Counted from the stretch's first letter, positions 40,068-53,425 are shown. The stretch: DNA of 64,000 bases from an uncultured Acidimicrobiia bacterium (GCA_963786955.1 CAWBAT010000005.1:1056001-1120000), one strand, 5' to 3'. Translations and numbers: made by a program. Notes: generated from the letters alone by a model not told the origin.

Positions 40068-40649
40068 ATGGATGCCAGTACTGAAGCAAGACTCGTCGCC
40101 GACCCGTCCCGGCTGCAGAAGCTCGAGGAAAAGCTCCAGGAGTTCGAGAAGCGGCTCGCGCAGGTTGAGGGACAAGCGGCGGAGGACCGGGTCGCGCTCG
40201 TCGTCTTCTCAGGTGATCTTGACCGCGTCCTGGCGGCTTTCGTGATTGCTACCGGCGCCGCAGCCATGGGTCAGCAAGTGAGCATGTTCTTTACCTTCTG
40301 GGGCTTGAGTGTCCTCAAGAAGGATAACCAGCTTTCCGGAAAGACCCTCTTTCAAAAAATGATGACCCTTATGTCTCCGGGATCGAGCAAGAGCCTTCCT
40401 GTCTCGAAGATGAACTACTTCGGCGTGGGCGCAAAGATGCTACGGTCCATGATGAAGGAGAAGAACGTCAGCTCGCTTGAGGAGATGATTTCCCTTGCAC
40501 GGGAACTGGGTGTGCGAATGATCGCCTGCGAGATGTCTCGGGACGTGATGGGGATCAGGGAGTCAGAACTCGTCGCCGGCCTGGAGTGCGGCGGAGTCGC
40601 CAGCTTCCTTGCCGATTCGTTGAAGTCACGCACGAGCCTGTTCATCTGA
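40068..40649 (+). CDS. DsrE/DsrF/DsrH-like (DsrE2-type) sulfurtransferase
   Basis: FSGDLD, MFFTFWGL, ACEMSRDVMGI, SLFI end. Confidence 0.88.
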   Translation: MDASTEARLVADPSRLQKLEEKLQEFEKRLAQVEGQAAEDRVALVVFSGDLDRVLAAFVIATGAAAMGQQVSMFFTFWGLSVLKKDNQLSGKTLFQKMMTLMSPGSSKSLPVSKMNYFGVGAKMLRSMMKEKNVSSLEEMISLARELGVRMIACEMSRDVMGIRESELVAGLECGGVASFLADSLKSRTSLFI

Positions 40650-40805
40650 TGTGGTGTAAAGAAAGGGACGGGTGGACCCGGCCGGCCGTGCCGGCTTGCC
40701 CCGGATCCGGTTGCAGCCTCGCCAGCCCCGGGTTCCCGGTATGGCTCGATTTGGTGTGATCGTCGGAAAGAACTCCGTAGGAGATCCTGACAACAGGTAA
40801 AAGCC

Positions 40806-42179
40806 ATGCTGATTCCCCGCAGAAATTTCTTGTTTCTTGCCGCTGGCGCCCTTCTCTCGGTTGACGATCGTCCCAAGCGAGACATGCTGGTGCGCTCGAC
40901 TCGCCCCGAGGACCTGGAGATGCCGCTTTCCGGCTTCTCAGATTACATCACCCCGATCGAGCATTTCTTCGTCCGCACGCACGTCTACGTCCCCACGGTG
41001 AATGTGAACGAATGGCGGCTGAAGGTGGAGGGTGAGGTGGCTACACCTCTGACGCTCTCCATGGAAGACTTGAAAAAGCTGCCGCCAGCCGAACTGGTGA
41101 GTGTCGCTGAGTGCGCAGGCAACGGCCGCGGATTTTACGAGCCCACAGTTCCAGGCCTGCAATGGGGGAACGGCAGCGTGGGGAACGGCCGGTGGCGGGG
41201 CGTGCGGCTGGCCGACGTCCTCACCCGAGCCGGCCTCAAGGATTCCGCCAAGGAGATTCTCTTCGACGGCGCGGACACTCCGATCGGCACGATGCCGGAT
41301 TTCCAACGGTCAATCCCGGTGAAGAAAGCGCTCGATGCCAATACGCTTCTCGCATACCAGATGAACGGCGAGACACTGCCGGTGAAGCATGGCTTCCCGC
41401 TGCGGGTGGTGGCGCCGGGTTGGGCGAGTGATTCGTGGGTCAAATGGCTTACGTCCATTCGCGCGCTTGACAAAGAACACGACGGGTTCTGGATGAAGAG
41501 TGCTTACCGGCATCCGGGGAAACCAGTCGCACCCGGGACGCTTGTCCCGCCCGAGCAAATGCAGCCGGTCACCAGCCTAAGGGTGAAGAGCGTGATCAGC
41601 GATCCACCGGACGGTGTGCAGGTTCTCGCCGGCAAGCCGGTTCCGATTCGCGGCGTTGCCTGGGGTGGAGATGGAGGCCCCATAACGGGGGTTGACGTGA
41701 GTGTCGATGGCGGGCGCAGCTGGATAGCAGCGGCGTTGCGCCAGGATCAGCTGACCCAATTCGGCTGGCGACAATGGGAATTCAACTGGACGCCATCTCA
41801 AGTGGCTTACTACACAATCCTGGCGCGTGCACGTGACGCAGCCGGCAACACCCAACCGTTCGACCAAGAGTGGAACCCTGCGGGGTACGGCTGGAACGTC
41901 GTCCCGCGCGTGGGCGTGGATGTGGTCGGGGAACTTTCCAGAACATCTCAACTCGCGCAGTCGTCTGGCTCCGCTACGGCACAGCCCGCCGCGTTCCAGA
42001 ATGGTTGTCTGGTCTGTCATGATGACGACGTCATCCGCCAGCAACGCCTTACGCGTGCCCAGTGGGACCGCGAAATCAACAAAATGACCAAATGGGGCGC
42101 AGAATTGAAAAAAGAGGATCGTGACAGAATCCTCGATTATTTGTTCAGCAACTACGGGCCGCGCACCTGTGTTCGTTAA
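40806..42179 (+). CDS. Sulfite oxidase family molybdoenzyme (SorA/SoxC-like) with fused C-terminal cytochrome c
   Basis: RRNFL Tat motif, FFVRTH, ECAGNGR, HGFPLRVVAPGW, VKWL, dimerisation domain, then CLVCH..KMTKWGA. Confidence 0.88.
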   Translation: MLIPRRNFLFLAAGALLSVDDRPKRDMLVRSTRPEDLEMPLSGFSDYITPIEHFFVRTHVYVPTVNVNEWRLKVEGEVATPLTLSMEDLKKLPPAELVSVAECAGNGRGFYEPTVPGLQWGNGSVGNGRWRGVRLADVLTRAGLKDSAKEILFDGADTPIGTMPDFQRSIPVKKALDANTLLAYQMNGETLPVKHGFPLRVVAPGWASDSWVKWLTSIRALDKEHDGFWMKSAYRHPGKPVAPGTLVPPEQMQPVTSLRVKSVISDPPDGVQVLAGKPVPIRGVAWGGDGGPITGVDVSVDGGRSWIAAALRQDQLTQFGWRQWEFNWTPSQVAYYTILARARDAAGNTQPFDQEWNPAGYGWNVVPRVGVDVVGELSRTSQLAQSSGSATAQPAAFQNGCLVCHDDDVIRQQRLTRAQWDREINKMTKWGAELKKEDRDRILDYLFSNYGPRTCVR

Positions 42180-42314
42180 TCGTGAAACCGGAAACTGACC
42201 CACTACTCCATCGCGCTGGTCATCATTTCTCAAAAAAAGGGTTTTTTCCGGCTTGCGTTGTGGTGAGATCTCAGGGCTTCACTCCGTTTTTCCGGACGAA
42301 GAGATCTCCCTTAA

Positions 42315-42725
42315 TTAACCTTCCCGTTCCTCACGGACCCGAATGCGCGCCATTGCGCGCTCCAGGCTAGCCATGGCTCGGGCAAAATCAATCTCAGGAT
42401 TATTGACGTCAGCCAGTCGTTTCTCGGCCCGTTCCTTGGATGCTCGGGCCCGCTCCAGATCAATTTCATCGGCTTTCTCAGCCGTCTCCGCCAAGATCCG
42501 GACATGATCCCGGACGACTTCACAGTAGCCCATGGCGAGAGCGAGACGATGCCGGATTTTCCCCTGGCGATAAGACACTTCGCCGACCTGCAGTTCCGAG
42601 ATCAACGGCGCGTGTCCCGGGAGAATTCCGAGATAGCCATTCTTACCCGGCACTTGTACATCATCCACCTCCTCGCTGAGAAGAAGTCTGGCGGGAGTGA
42701 CAATTTCTAAGAGCAATTTGTCCAT
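42315..42725 (-). CDS. atpC: F1 ATP synthase epsilon subunit
   Basis: LEIVTP, GILPGHAPL. Confidence 0.96.
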   Translation of the reverse strand: MDKLLLEIVTPARLLLSEEVDDVQVPGKNGYLGILPGHAPLISELQVGEVSYRQGKIRHRLALAMGYCEVVRDHVRILAETAEKADEIDLERARASKERAEKRLADVNNPEIDFARAMASLERAMARIRVREEREG

Positions 42726-42731
42726 GACTTC

Positions 42732-44156
<1,425 letters not shown>

Positions 44157-44171
44157 CTAATCAATTCTTTA

Positions 44172-45026
44172 TTATTCCAACGCTGCTGCGCCACTGACAA
44201 TTTCGATGATTTCCTTAGTGATTCCTGCCTGCCGGGCTCGGTTCATTGACAACGTCAATGCATCGATAAGGTCCGTTGCATTGTTCGTCGCTGCTTCCAT
44301 GGCAGTCATCCGGGCACCATGCTCGGCGGCGGTCGACTCCAAAAGCGCTCGATAGACTTGCACTTCAACATACCTGGGAATCAGGCTGTTGAATATCTCG
44401 TCGGGCGGTTGCTCGTAAATATAGTCAATCGCATGCTGTGACTGCGAAGTGGCCAGCTGTTGGATAGGCAACAGCCGCTCAACGACAATTCTCTGCTGGA
44501 TGACGGACTTGAACTCGTTGTAGATGACGTAAATGGCGTCGAAAGTGCGCTGTCCGTAGGCATCCATCAACTGCCCGGCAATCCCCTTTGCCCGATCATA
44601 ATTCAGGTCGGAAAGATTAATGTACTCTTGCGCAATCGGAACTTCTTGGCGGCGGAAATAGTCCCGCCCTTTGCGGCCAATGCAAGCCAAGGTTACGGTT
44701 TTCCCTCTGTTCTGGTTCATGAAGGCTTGAGTTGCCTTAATCACATTGGCATTGAAGGCGCCACACAACCCCTTATCCGCTGTCACCACGGTCACCAGTA
44801 TCTTTTCTTCAACACGTTCTTCCAGCAATGGGTGAGACTTCTGCTCCGTCCGCATCACTAGGCTGTTCAAGACAGCAACAATTTCGTTGGCGTAAGGACG
44901 CGCATTGATGACCCGCTCTTTTGCCCGGCGCAGTTTGGCTGTCGAAACCATCTTCATCGCTTTGGTAATTTGCTGCGTATTCTTTACCGAGCGAATCCGT
45001 CGACGGATGTCTAATAAGTTGGCCAT
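44172..45026 (-). CDS. atpG: F1 ATP synthase gamma subunit
   Basis: ITKAMKMV, DKGLCGAFN, RQAGITKEI. Confidence 0.98.
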   Translation of the reverse strand: MANLLDIRRRIRSVKNTQQITKAMKMVSTAKLRRAKERVINARPYANEIVAVLNSLVMRTEQKSHPLLEERVEEKILVTVVTADKGLCGAFNANVIKATQAFMNQNRGKTVTLACIGRKGRDYFRRQEVPIAQEYINLSDLNYDRAKGIAGQLMDAYGQRTFDAIYVIYNEFKSVIQQRIVVERLLPIQQLATSQSQHAIDYIYEQPPDEIFNSLIPRYVEVQVYRALLESTAAEHGARMTAMEAATNNATDLIDALTLSMNRARQAGITKEIIEIVSGAAALE

Positions 45027-45156
45027 TCTTTAATTACCCATCACTCTGTAAATGCCTGCCCCTGAATTGTCCCGGGGATTGACGATTCTTCCCGGTTTCC
45101 TCTTCGGCCCAGCCGAAATTCTCGCGGATTCCCATCACGGGCCTGACATCCCATGT

Positions 45157-46689
<1,533 letters not shown>

Positions 46690-46780
46690 TCAGTCGCCCG
46701 TCTTGTGAAAAGGTCTGTATCTTCCTATCCGACAAGCCGAACCGTGATCGGTTGCCGCTCGAATCGAGTCCTACGAACTA

Positions 46781-47317
46781 TCAATCAGAACGGAGCTGCG
46801 CCTTTAACGTATTGAGGCGCTGGCGAATGGATCCGTCATAGATCGTGTCACCGATACGGGTAACAATCCCTCCGATAATGTCCGGATCCTTTGTAAACTT
46901 TAAGGTGACTTTCCGCCCTGTCATTTCATTTAATCTGGCAAGCAGAAGATCTTGAGTGACAGGATCCAAGTCACCAGCCATCGTCACTTCGGCCTCCACG
47001 ACTCCCAACTGGTCATTCAGAAACTGGTGAAAGGCTTTCCGGATAGGAGAGAAATAACCAATCCGGTGCTGGTCGACTAGCACATTGATGAAATTGGTCG
47101 TCGTCTGAGTGAAATTGAACCGCTTTAAAATCTCGGCCGTAATCGCCTTTTTCTTAGGGACTGGAACGACTGGATTTAAATACAGCGACCGCAATTCCGT
47201 TTGAGTGTTGAGCAGGTTTTCAAAGGCGAGCAGATCTTCAGCGACTCGATCCTGGACGCTCAACTTGTGACAAACATCCGCTAGTGCTTTGGCGTATCGG
47301 TTGGCTAGAGCAGACAA
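46781..47317 (-). CDS. atpH: ATP synthase delta subunit
   Basis: ANRYAKAL, DPDIIGG..IGDTIYDGS. Confidence 0.95.
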   Translation of the reverse strand: MSALANRYAKALADVCHKLSVQDRVAEDLLAFENLLNTQTELRSLYLNPVVPVPKKKAITAEILKRFNFTQTTTNFINVLVDQHRIGYFSPIRKAFHQFLNDQLGVVEAEVTMAGDLDPVTQDLLLARLNEMTGRKVTLKFTKDPDIIGGIVTRIGDTIYDGSIRQRLNTLKAQLRSD

Positions 47318-47351
47318 TTCTGAACCTCAATGAGAGATGGTTGTGGCGGAA

Positions 47352-48008
47352 TCAATTCTTTCCGGCGTGGAGGGATTCGATAAACTGATGAATAATTTTC
47401 TTATTTTCTTCGGTTCCTACCGCCTTCTTCAAACGTTCCTCAGCCAGCCTGACAGCCAATTCTGCAACATGCCCTTTCAGCTCCAAATGGGCTAACTTCT
47501 TCAGCCCCTCAATCTCTCGTTGGGCTAGCTCCAGAATCTTGGATGCTTCCGTTCTGGCGCCATCGATAATCCGGGCTTTTTCTTCATTGGCTTCCCGCAT
47601 TCCTTCGGCTTTCAATGCCTGAATCTCTTGGTCAAGCTGTGCCATCCGGGTTTCCATCTCACGGACGTGTCTCAGCGCCCCTTCCTTGGCCTCACGCGCA
47701 TTCCGCAGTCCCTCCTCAATGGAGCGCGTTCTGGATTCAAAGAACTCGCGCATCGGCTTCCTCAGGTAATATCCAAGGCCGCCAAAGAGGATGAAAAAAT
47801 TGGCCCACTTCCATACCGAACTCCATGGACTTTCGTGTTGGTGCGATTCACCGTGCCCCGGGGACGGCTCTGGCTGGTTGGTTTCTTCTGCCCTGACCAG
47901 GGCTGGACCCAAGAGGAAAAACGTTATGACGACGCCGGCCAAAACCAGCCGAACGCTTTTAAATATCCTATTGCAAAACGCTTTTGGCAATTCCATCGGC
48001 AATTTCAT
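47352..48008 (-). CDS. atpF: ATP synthase F0 subunit b
   Basis: WKWANFFIL TM segment plus coiled coil; operon position. Confidence 0.88.
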   Translation of the reverse strand: MKLPMELPKAFCNRIFKSVRLVLAGVVITFFLLGPALVRAEETNQPEPSPGHGESHQHESPWSSVWKWANFFILFGGLGYYLRKPMREFFESRTRSIEEGLRNAREAKEGALRHVREMETRMAQLDQEIQALKAEGMREANEEKARIIDGARTEASKILELAQREIEGLKKLAHLELKGHVAELAVRLAEERLKKAVGTEENKKIIHQFIESLHAGKN

Positions 48009-48390
48009 TCACTTGGGATTCAAGAACTTTTTTGGCCGTATCGACCTGAGATTGGATTACCTTCCGAGCCCCGCCAATGTGGTGCTCCGCATCCTCTCGG
48101 CCTGCGGAGATGACCTGGGAACGCTCACTCATCGCTTCCGCCCGTAAGACCTCTTGCTTCCGATAGCTCTCCAAGCGGGCCTCTTTGATAGCTTTCGCAT
48201 ACACTTTGGATTGTTTGTCAACTTCGGTCAGTTGTTCCTTGGCTTGTTGCTGTGTACCCTCAATGGCCGCATGACGCTTGGAAAGGATATGGTTGATGGG
48301 GTCAAAAAAGAACGTCTTCAGTACAAAGTAGAGACTCCATACCAGAATCACGATTACAACCACCGATAGGTCCAACTGCATCGAGCTCAT
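47968..48390 (-). CDS. ATP synthase F0 subunit b'
   Basis: TM segment, FFDPI..L..R, coiled coil; operon position. Confidence 0.85.
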   Translation of the reverse strand: MSSMQLDLSVVVIVILVWSLYFVLKTFFFDPINHILSKRHAAIEGTQQQAKEQLTEVDKQSKVYAKAIKEARLESYRKQEVLRAEAMSERSQVISAGREDAEHHIGGARKVIQSQVDTAKKVLESQVNEIADGIAKSVLQ

Positions 48391-48588
48391 GGGCGAGAGT
48401 TTTTCCGGCTTGAAAGATAGAAAGAGTCAAACAGGCAGAGCTTTCCCTGCCCTCAAAGAATGCGTAAAGTAACATATAAAAATTCAAGGGGTCAAGCGGC
48501 AAAAATCTGCTCTAATGAGATGAACTCTCTTATAAAAAATCGTTGATTTTGTGTGACATCCAGTCTGCAGTAATGGAGATCGTGATTC

Positions 48589-48779
48589 ACCACGGGGAAC
48601 ACGGGGAAGATCTGCGAATTGGCAAAAATCAAATCACAAATCCAACCAGTACATATGCCGTTAGCGTAGCCTCTTTATTTCCGTCAGTGGACCCCTATTG
48701 CTCTCAAACTTAATTACCATTAGCGTTTATTCGCGTTCATTTGCGGCTATCCAGTCATATTCCCCGTGTCCCCCGTGGT
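48589..48779. repeat. Inverted repeat pair in the intergenic region
   Basis: ccacggggaacacggggaa ... ttccccgtgtcccccgtgg. Confidence 0.6.
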
Positions 48780-48926
48780 TAATACCTCGTGATGAGTTTC
48801 TCCTGTTTAAGCATTCGCGAAATCGGCAACAGCTTTTTTTGAACTGTCCCTTTCCCATGCTAAGATACTCACCCGGTTTGAACAGTGCCAATAGGCAAAC
48901 TGGGAATTTTATGGCAGGGAGTGAAC

Positions 48927-49850
48927 ATGCGAAACGTTGTCATCATCGGTTCCGGTCCGGCAGGCTACACGGCGGCGATCTATACCGCACGCGCCAATCT
49001 GAGTCCCTTGCTCATCGAAGGCCTCCAGGTGGGGGGGCAACTTTCCATTACGACGGAAGTGGATAATTTTCCTGGATTCCCCCAAGGAGTCATGGGCCCC
49101 GAGCTCATGGAGTCCATGAAAAAACAGGCCGCCCGTTTTGGGACCGAATTTCTTCCTGAGCTAGTCACCAAGGTCGATTTTTCTGCCCGTCCTTTTCGGC
49201 TCTACACCGACGAACAAACGATTGAAGCCAAAACGGTCATCATTTGCTCAGGCGCTTCGGCGCGCATGATTGGTATTGAATCCGAACGCAAGCTGGTTGG
49301 GTATGGGGTTTCAACCTGCGCCACCTGTGATGGTTATTTCTTCAGGGGAAAGGAAATCGTTGTCGTCGGTGGTGGAGATTCAGCCATGGAGGAGGCCACT
49401 TTCCTGACCAAGTTTGCGAGTAAAGTCACCGTCATTCATCGCCGTGACAAGCTCAGAGCCTCCAAAATCATGCAGGATCGGGCCTTTAAAAATCCCAAGA
49501 TTGAATTCATTTGGGACACGGTCGTCGATGAGATTCATGATGTTGAAACCAAGAACGTAAACAGCATCAAATTGACCAATTTGAAGACCAAGGAAGTGCG
49601 GGATTTCAAATGTGCCGGCGTTTTTGTGGCAATCGGGCACGACCCGAACACGCAGATTTTCAAAGGCCAGATCGCATTGGACGACAATGGTTATGTCCTC
49701 ACACATGACGGAACGAAGACCAGCGTTCCAGGGGTTTTTGCGGCCGGAGATGTTCAGGATCACGTCTATCGTCAAGCCATCTCTGCGGCCGGCTCTGGTT
49801 GCATGGCGGCCATCGACGCCGAGAGATACTTGGAAGGATTGGAACATTGA
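48927..49850 (+). CDS. trxB: Thioredoxin-disulfide reductase
   Basis: GSGPAGYTAA, CATCDG, GGGDSAMEEA, AAGDVQD. Confidence 0.97.
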   Translation: MRNVVIIGSGPAGYTAAIYTARANLSPLLIEGLQVGGQLSITTEVDNFPGFPQGVMGPELMESMKKQAARFGTEFLPELVTKVDFSARPFRLYTDEQTIEAKTVIICSGASARMIGIESERKLVGYGVSTCATCDGYFFRGKEIVVVGGGDSAMEEATFLTKFASKVTVIHRRDKLRASKIMQDRAFKNPKIEFIWDTVVDEIHDVETKNVNSIKLTNLKTKEVRDFKCAGVFVAIGHDPNTQIFKGQIALDDNGYVLTHDGTKTSVPGVFAAGDVQDHVYRQAISAAGSGCMAAIDAERYLEGLEH

Positions 49851-50055
49851 AGGCCTGGTTGGTTAGTGAAACCCTTGTTGTAGCCGGGATCGGTGATCCC
49901 GGCCGGGTTGCCGGGCCCACCGAGTGCCGGCTACAGCTGTTTTTCAGTCTGGCGAGTGGAGCGGCGTGGCGTTAGGAAGGAAGAAGTGAACGTCACTATA
50001 GAGTCGGATCTCAAAATACGAATGATTTATAACAGAGACCAAGCCGCGAATCGAA

Positions 50056-50445
50056 GTGGGCGCCGCTGTCATTTTCAATCACGGAAACATCCTCATTTCC
50101 CAGCGGGATGATTCCTCCCACTTATCAGGATTGTGGGAATTTCCCGGTGGAAAGCGAGAAGACCATGAGACCTTCGAGGAATGTGTTCGCCGAGAGATCC
50201 AGGAGGAGTTGAATGTCGAGGTTGCCGTGGAGAACCTCTTTGAGGCAGTCGAGTATGAATACGCCGAAAAGATTGTCTTATTGAAGTTTTATCTTTGCCA
50301 GTATGTCGGCGGTGAAGCCAAGGCTTTGGGCTGCCGTCAATTCCAATGGGTTTCCCCGTCAAATCTGCCTTCCTACGCTTTCCCACCCGCCAATGAAGCG
50401 GTTATTCAAAAACTAATTCGGCTGGAAGCCTCCAAACCAGCTTAG
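50056..50445 (+). CDS. mutT: MutT/NUDIX 8-oxo-dGTP diphosphatase
   Basis: WEFPGGK..E..RREIQEE, FPPAN; start codon uncertain. Confidence 0.85.
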   Translation: MGAAVIFNHGNILISQRDDSSHLSGLWEFPGGKREDHETFEECVRREIQEELNVEVAVENLFEAVEYEYAEKIVLLKFYLCQYVGGEAKALGCRQFQWVSPSNLPSYAFPPANEAVIQKLIRLEASKPA

Positions 50446-50494
50446 TACTAAGTACTCTAATTCATAAGTACCCTAACAAATAGAGTTTAGAGGC

Positions 50495-50587
50495 AGGTAC
50501 AGGCATCCTTGCCTGTACCTGCCGCAAAGTCAGGCCAAATCCTCAATCCAATCATCATTCGACAGGCAAGGATGCCTGTCGCTACCG
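50495..50587. repeat. REP-like doublet (related copy at 53308-53389)
   Basis: gcctgtac..aagtcaggccaaat.ctcaatccaatca..tcgacaggcaag.atgcctgtcgctacc at both sites. Confidence 0.75.
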
Positions 50588-50686
50588 GACTCTGTGGCGA
50601 CAGGCGTCCACGCCTGTCGTGCGTTTTTGCATTGATCAGTTTTAGCAGGGAGTTTGATATCGGCCGTTCATCCCGGTGTGAAGCAG

Positions 50687-51349
50687 CTATCGCAGCTCAA
50701 TCTGGCCCTTCGGGCTCATGATGGTGGCGACAAGGGAGGCCGTGGGGGCTTGCCGAATTGGAATACTGACTCCAAGCACTTCAAAGGCATGCGCTAGGAC
50801 TCGAGGCGTGGGATGCTCGGCACGAAGCTCTACGAGGGACAACCCAACAGATGCCGAGGCGGCAGGATGAGGTGACACACCCCAGTCAATAAAGAAAGGG
50901 ATCAACCCGCCTTCGAGCAGGGAAAATGGGCTTGTCATCTGCCAAGCAAGGATATCACCGTCCGAAAGGATGCGGCTTCCGGAGAATAACTCGCCGAGAA
51001 TGACACCTCGTCGTGCGACTGCACGTGAGAAGTCTTCGAGACCACCGCCACGAACAGCCCAAGTGACAAGCCGTGAGTGGCGTAGGCCGTCGATACCGAA
51101 TGGCCGCACTCCTGGCGGCTTGGGCTGAGTGGGATCTGGCGCGATGATCTCGAGGTAGATGTCTGGCCCTAGCGCGTAAAGGCAATTGTGGGTAGCCCAT
51201 GCCAGATGTTGTCCCCCGGGCGATGCACGGACGCCGGTGAGCGCTTCGATTTCACTAACACCTCGAGCCAAGTCTGGAGTGGCATAGACGAGGTGATCAA
51301 TTCGGGTCAGTCGGGATTGAGATGCCTGATTTAGATTGTGCGGACTCAT
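50687..51349 (-). CDS. VOC/glyoxalase-like family protein
   Basis: IDHLVYA, GGQH..THN, YLEIIAPDP, PFFIDWG..HPA. Confidence 0.85.
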   Translation of the reverse strand: MSPHNLNQASQSRLTRIDHLVYATPDLARGVSEIEALTGVRASPGGQHLAWATHNCLYALGPDIYLEIIAPDPTQPKPPGVRPFGIDGLRHSRLVTWAVRGGGLEDFSRAVARRGVILGELFSGSRILSDGDILAWQMTSPFSLLEGGLIPFFIDWGVSPHPAASASVGLSLVELRAEHPTPRVLAHAFEVLGVSIPIRQAPTASLVATIMSPKGQIELR

Positions 51350-51448
51350 GCCACGAAGAGGTAACGCCTAGTGACCCGGATGGGACTTTGCAAAGTCGGG
51401 CAACCCATTTCGAATAGATTAGTCTGTCCCTGATTTAGCGTGAACTAT

Positions 51449-51634
51449 GGCTGGCGCAGACATGTGGTTTTTGCATGTCTGCGTAAAAGAGCAATGCGAG
51501 AATAGACTCCTCATAATCAAATACTCCTTACCCCTTAGGAAGATAGAATCTGGGGCGGGGGCGAGTCCAAGCCTTTAAAATCTACTCCAGCTTACTCTTC
51601 GCAGACATGCAAAAACCACATGTCTGCGCCAGCC
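51449..51634. repeat. Perfect 35-bp inverted REP doublet (third degenerate copy near 52216-52255)
   Basis: ggctggcgcagacatgtggtttttgcatgtctgcg at 51449-51483 and its exact reverse complement at 51600-51634. Confidence 0.85.
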
Positions 51635-51659
51635 GGCGAGGGTGCCGCTGGTTAAGTGC

Positions 51660-52187
51660 TCATTTCTTTTTTTCACGGGTCATCAATTTGCTCAGTCTAA
51701 CTTTGAACTGTGCCTCGGCAAGAGTCGACTTGTCTCGCCCAACCGTCTTAACATTGTCGGGTGCGCTCAAGACAAAATCGGCGTCAGTAATAGGACCAAC
51801 GTAATCATCCAGATTACGGATTTTACAATCAGTGATTGTAATAAAGTCGGTAGGAAAGTGCCATGACTGGTGGCCTCCAGAACTCGACATGCTGTAAACG
51901 AAAAACTTTGAATCTGGTGTCCATGCCGCCTTTTCTACTCCGAAGCCATGCTCACCATCTTCCGAGGCGTAGCTCTTCAAACACAAGGTCTTGCCATTCT
52001 TTACTTCAATGGTTATTTGGAATTCTCCAGACCCGAGTGCATTCGGCAAAGAAATGATGTAAGCACGATACTTGCCGTCAGGGGATAAATACTCCTTCTG
52101 TTCAGCGGAGTGAACGAGTGTGGAAATCAGGACAAGGGCAAGGAATGATATGAAAATCGTCTGTTTCATCACATATTCAAGTTGCAC
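51660..52187 (-). CDS. Hypothetical secreted protein
   Basis: Signal peptide; SPDGK and WTPDSK beta-propeller-like repeats. Confidence 0.65.
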   Translation of the reverse strand: MQLEYVMKQTIFISFLALVLISTLVHSAEQKEYLSPDGKYRAYIISLPNALGSGEFQITIEVKNGKTLCLKSYASEDGEHGFGVEKAAWTPDSKFFVYSMSSSGGHQSWHFPTDFITITDCKIRNLDDYVGPITDADFVLSAPDNVKTVGRDKSTLAEAQFKVRLSKLMTREKKK

Positions 52188-52313
52188 TTAACACTACAGT
52201 TCGTCGGGCCCGCTGGCTGACTCAGACATGCGTTTTTTGCATGTCTTCGCCACCCAGAGGCAACTCATCCCAATGGGTTCTCCCTCTATCGATCTGTCGT
52301 CCTGCATGTCCGC

Positions 52314-53174
52314 TTATGTCCTGAAAAAATTTTTCAAAACGAAATAGACGTTCTCTTTCCGCTCACGCAAGCGCCGGTAGAAATACGGTAGCCAATGGGT
52401 GCCGTAAGGAACATAGACGCGCATATTGTAGCCTTCCGCAGCCAACTTCCGTTGTGTGTCGGGACGAACCCCGTAGAGCATCTGGAATTCAAATTTCTCC
52501 TTGCCAATGCCACGACTGGCCGTAAATGACTTGACCCAGCTAATGAGTTCATCATCGTGCGTGGCGATGGCGGGATACTCTCCTTTAAGGAGCAGCGCTT
52601 CGGCCAGAGTTTTGAAATTCTGCCGAATATCCGGCATTTCTTGTAGGGCAAGCAAGGGGGGCTCTTTGTACGCCCCTTTGCAAATCCGGACGCGCGCTCC
52701 CAGGTCAACGAGTTGCTGAATGTCTTTCAGGCTTCGATGCAAGTAGGCCTGAATGACAACCCCCACATTTTGGTGCTTTCGAAACAGATCATAGAAAAGA
52801 TCGAGGGTTTTCTGGGTGTAGTTGGATCCCTCCATGTCAATGCGAACAAAACATGAAAGCGCCGCTGCCCTTTCACAAATTCGCAGCATATTCGCAAGAC
52901 AAAACTCCCGGTCAATATCCAGGCCCATCTGGGTGAGCTTTAAAGAGACATTGGCCCGAATGTTCGACTGCCCGATCGCATCGAGAGTTTGAAGATAGCT
53001 GGACACGGCCGACTCGGCAGTCTTCCTCTCTGCCACGTTCTCACCCAAGACATCCAATGTGGCAGTAATCCCCTGCGCATTCAGTTGGCGCACGGCAGCA
53101 ACGGCCTCACCAATGGTGTGACCCGAAACAAATCGCCTGGCAAAGGGGAAAAGAATCTGACTCAACATGGCCAT
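52314..53174 (-). CDS. Monofunctional proline dehydrogenase
   Basis: DVLGE, SLKLTQMG, RIDMEGS, QAYL, KGAYKE, ATHD, YFYRRLRER. Confidence 0.93.
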   Translation of the reverse strand: MAMLSQILFPFARRFVSGHTIGEAVAAVRQLNAQGITATLDVLGENVAERKTAESAVSSYLQTLDAIGQSNIRANVSLKLTQMGLDIDREFCLANMLRICERAAALSCFVRIDMEGSNYTQKTLDLFYDLFRKHQNVGVVIQAYLHRSLKDIQQLVDLGARVRICKGAYKEPPLLALQEMPDIRQNFKTLAEALLLKGEYPAIATHDDELISWVKSFTASRGIGKEKFEFQMLYGVRPDTQRKLAAEGYNMRVYVPYGTHWLPYFYRRLRERKENVYFVLKNFFRT

Positions 53175-53425
53175 TCAGCCTGAGGGAACTAATTACTGGG
53201 TTTTAGAAATTCAATGACGTTAACGCCGGGTCGGTGACCCGGCCTAAACCTTTGAAGGCTTGGGGCTTTCTCAAAGCCCCAACCTCACGCGGCGAAAGGC
53301 AGCAATTTGCCTGTACATGACCGCGAAGTCAGGCCAAATTCTCAATCCAATCACCACTCACTCGACAGGCAAGCATGCCTGTCGCTACCGCGTATCATAC
53401 GTTAGCGTATTTTTGAATCGGAGCA

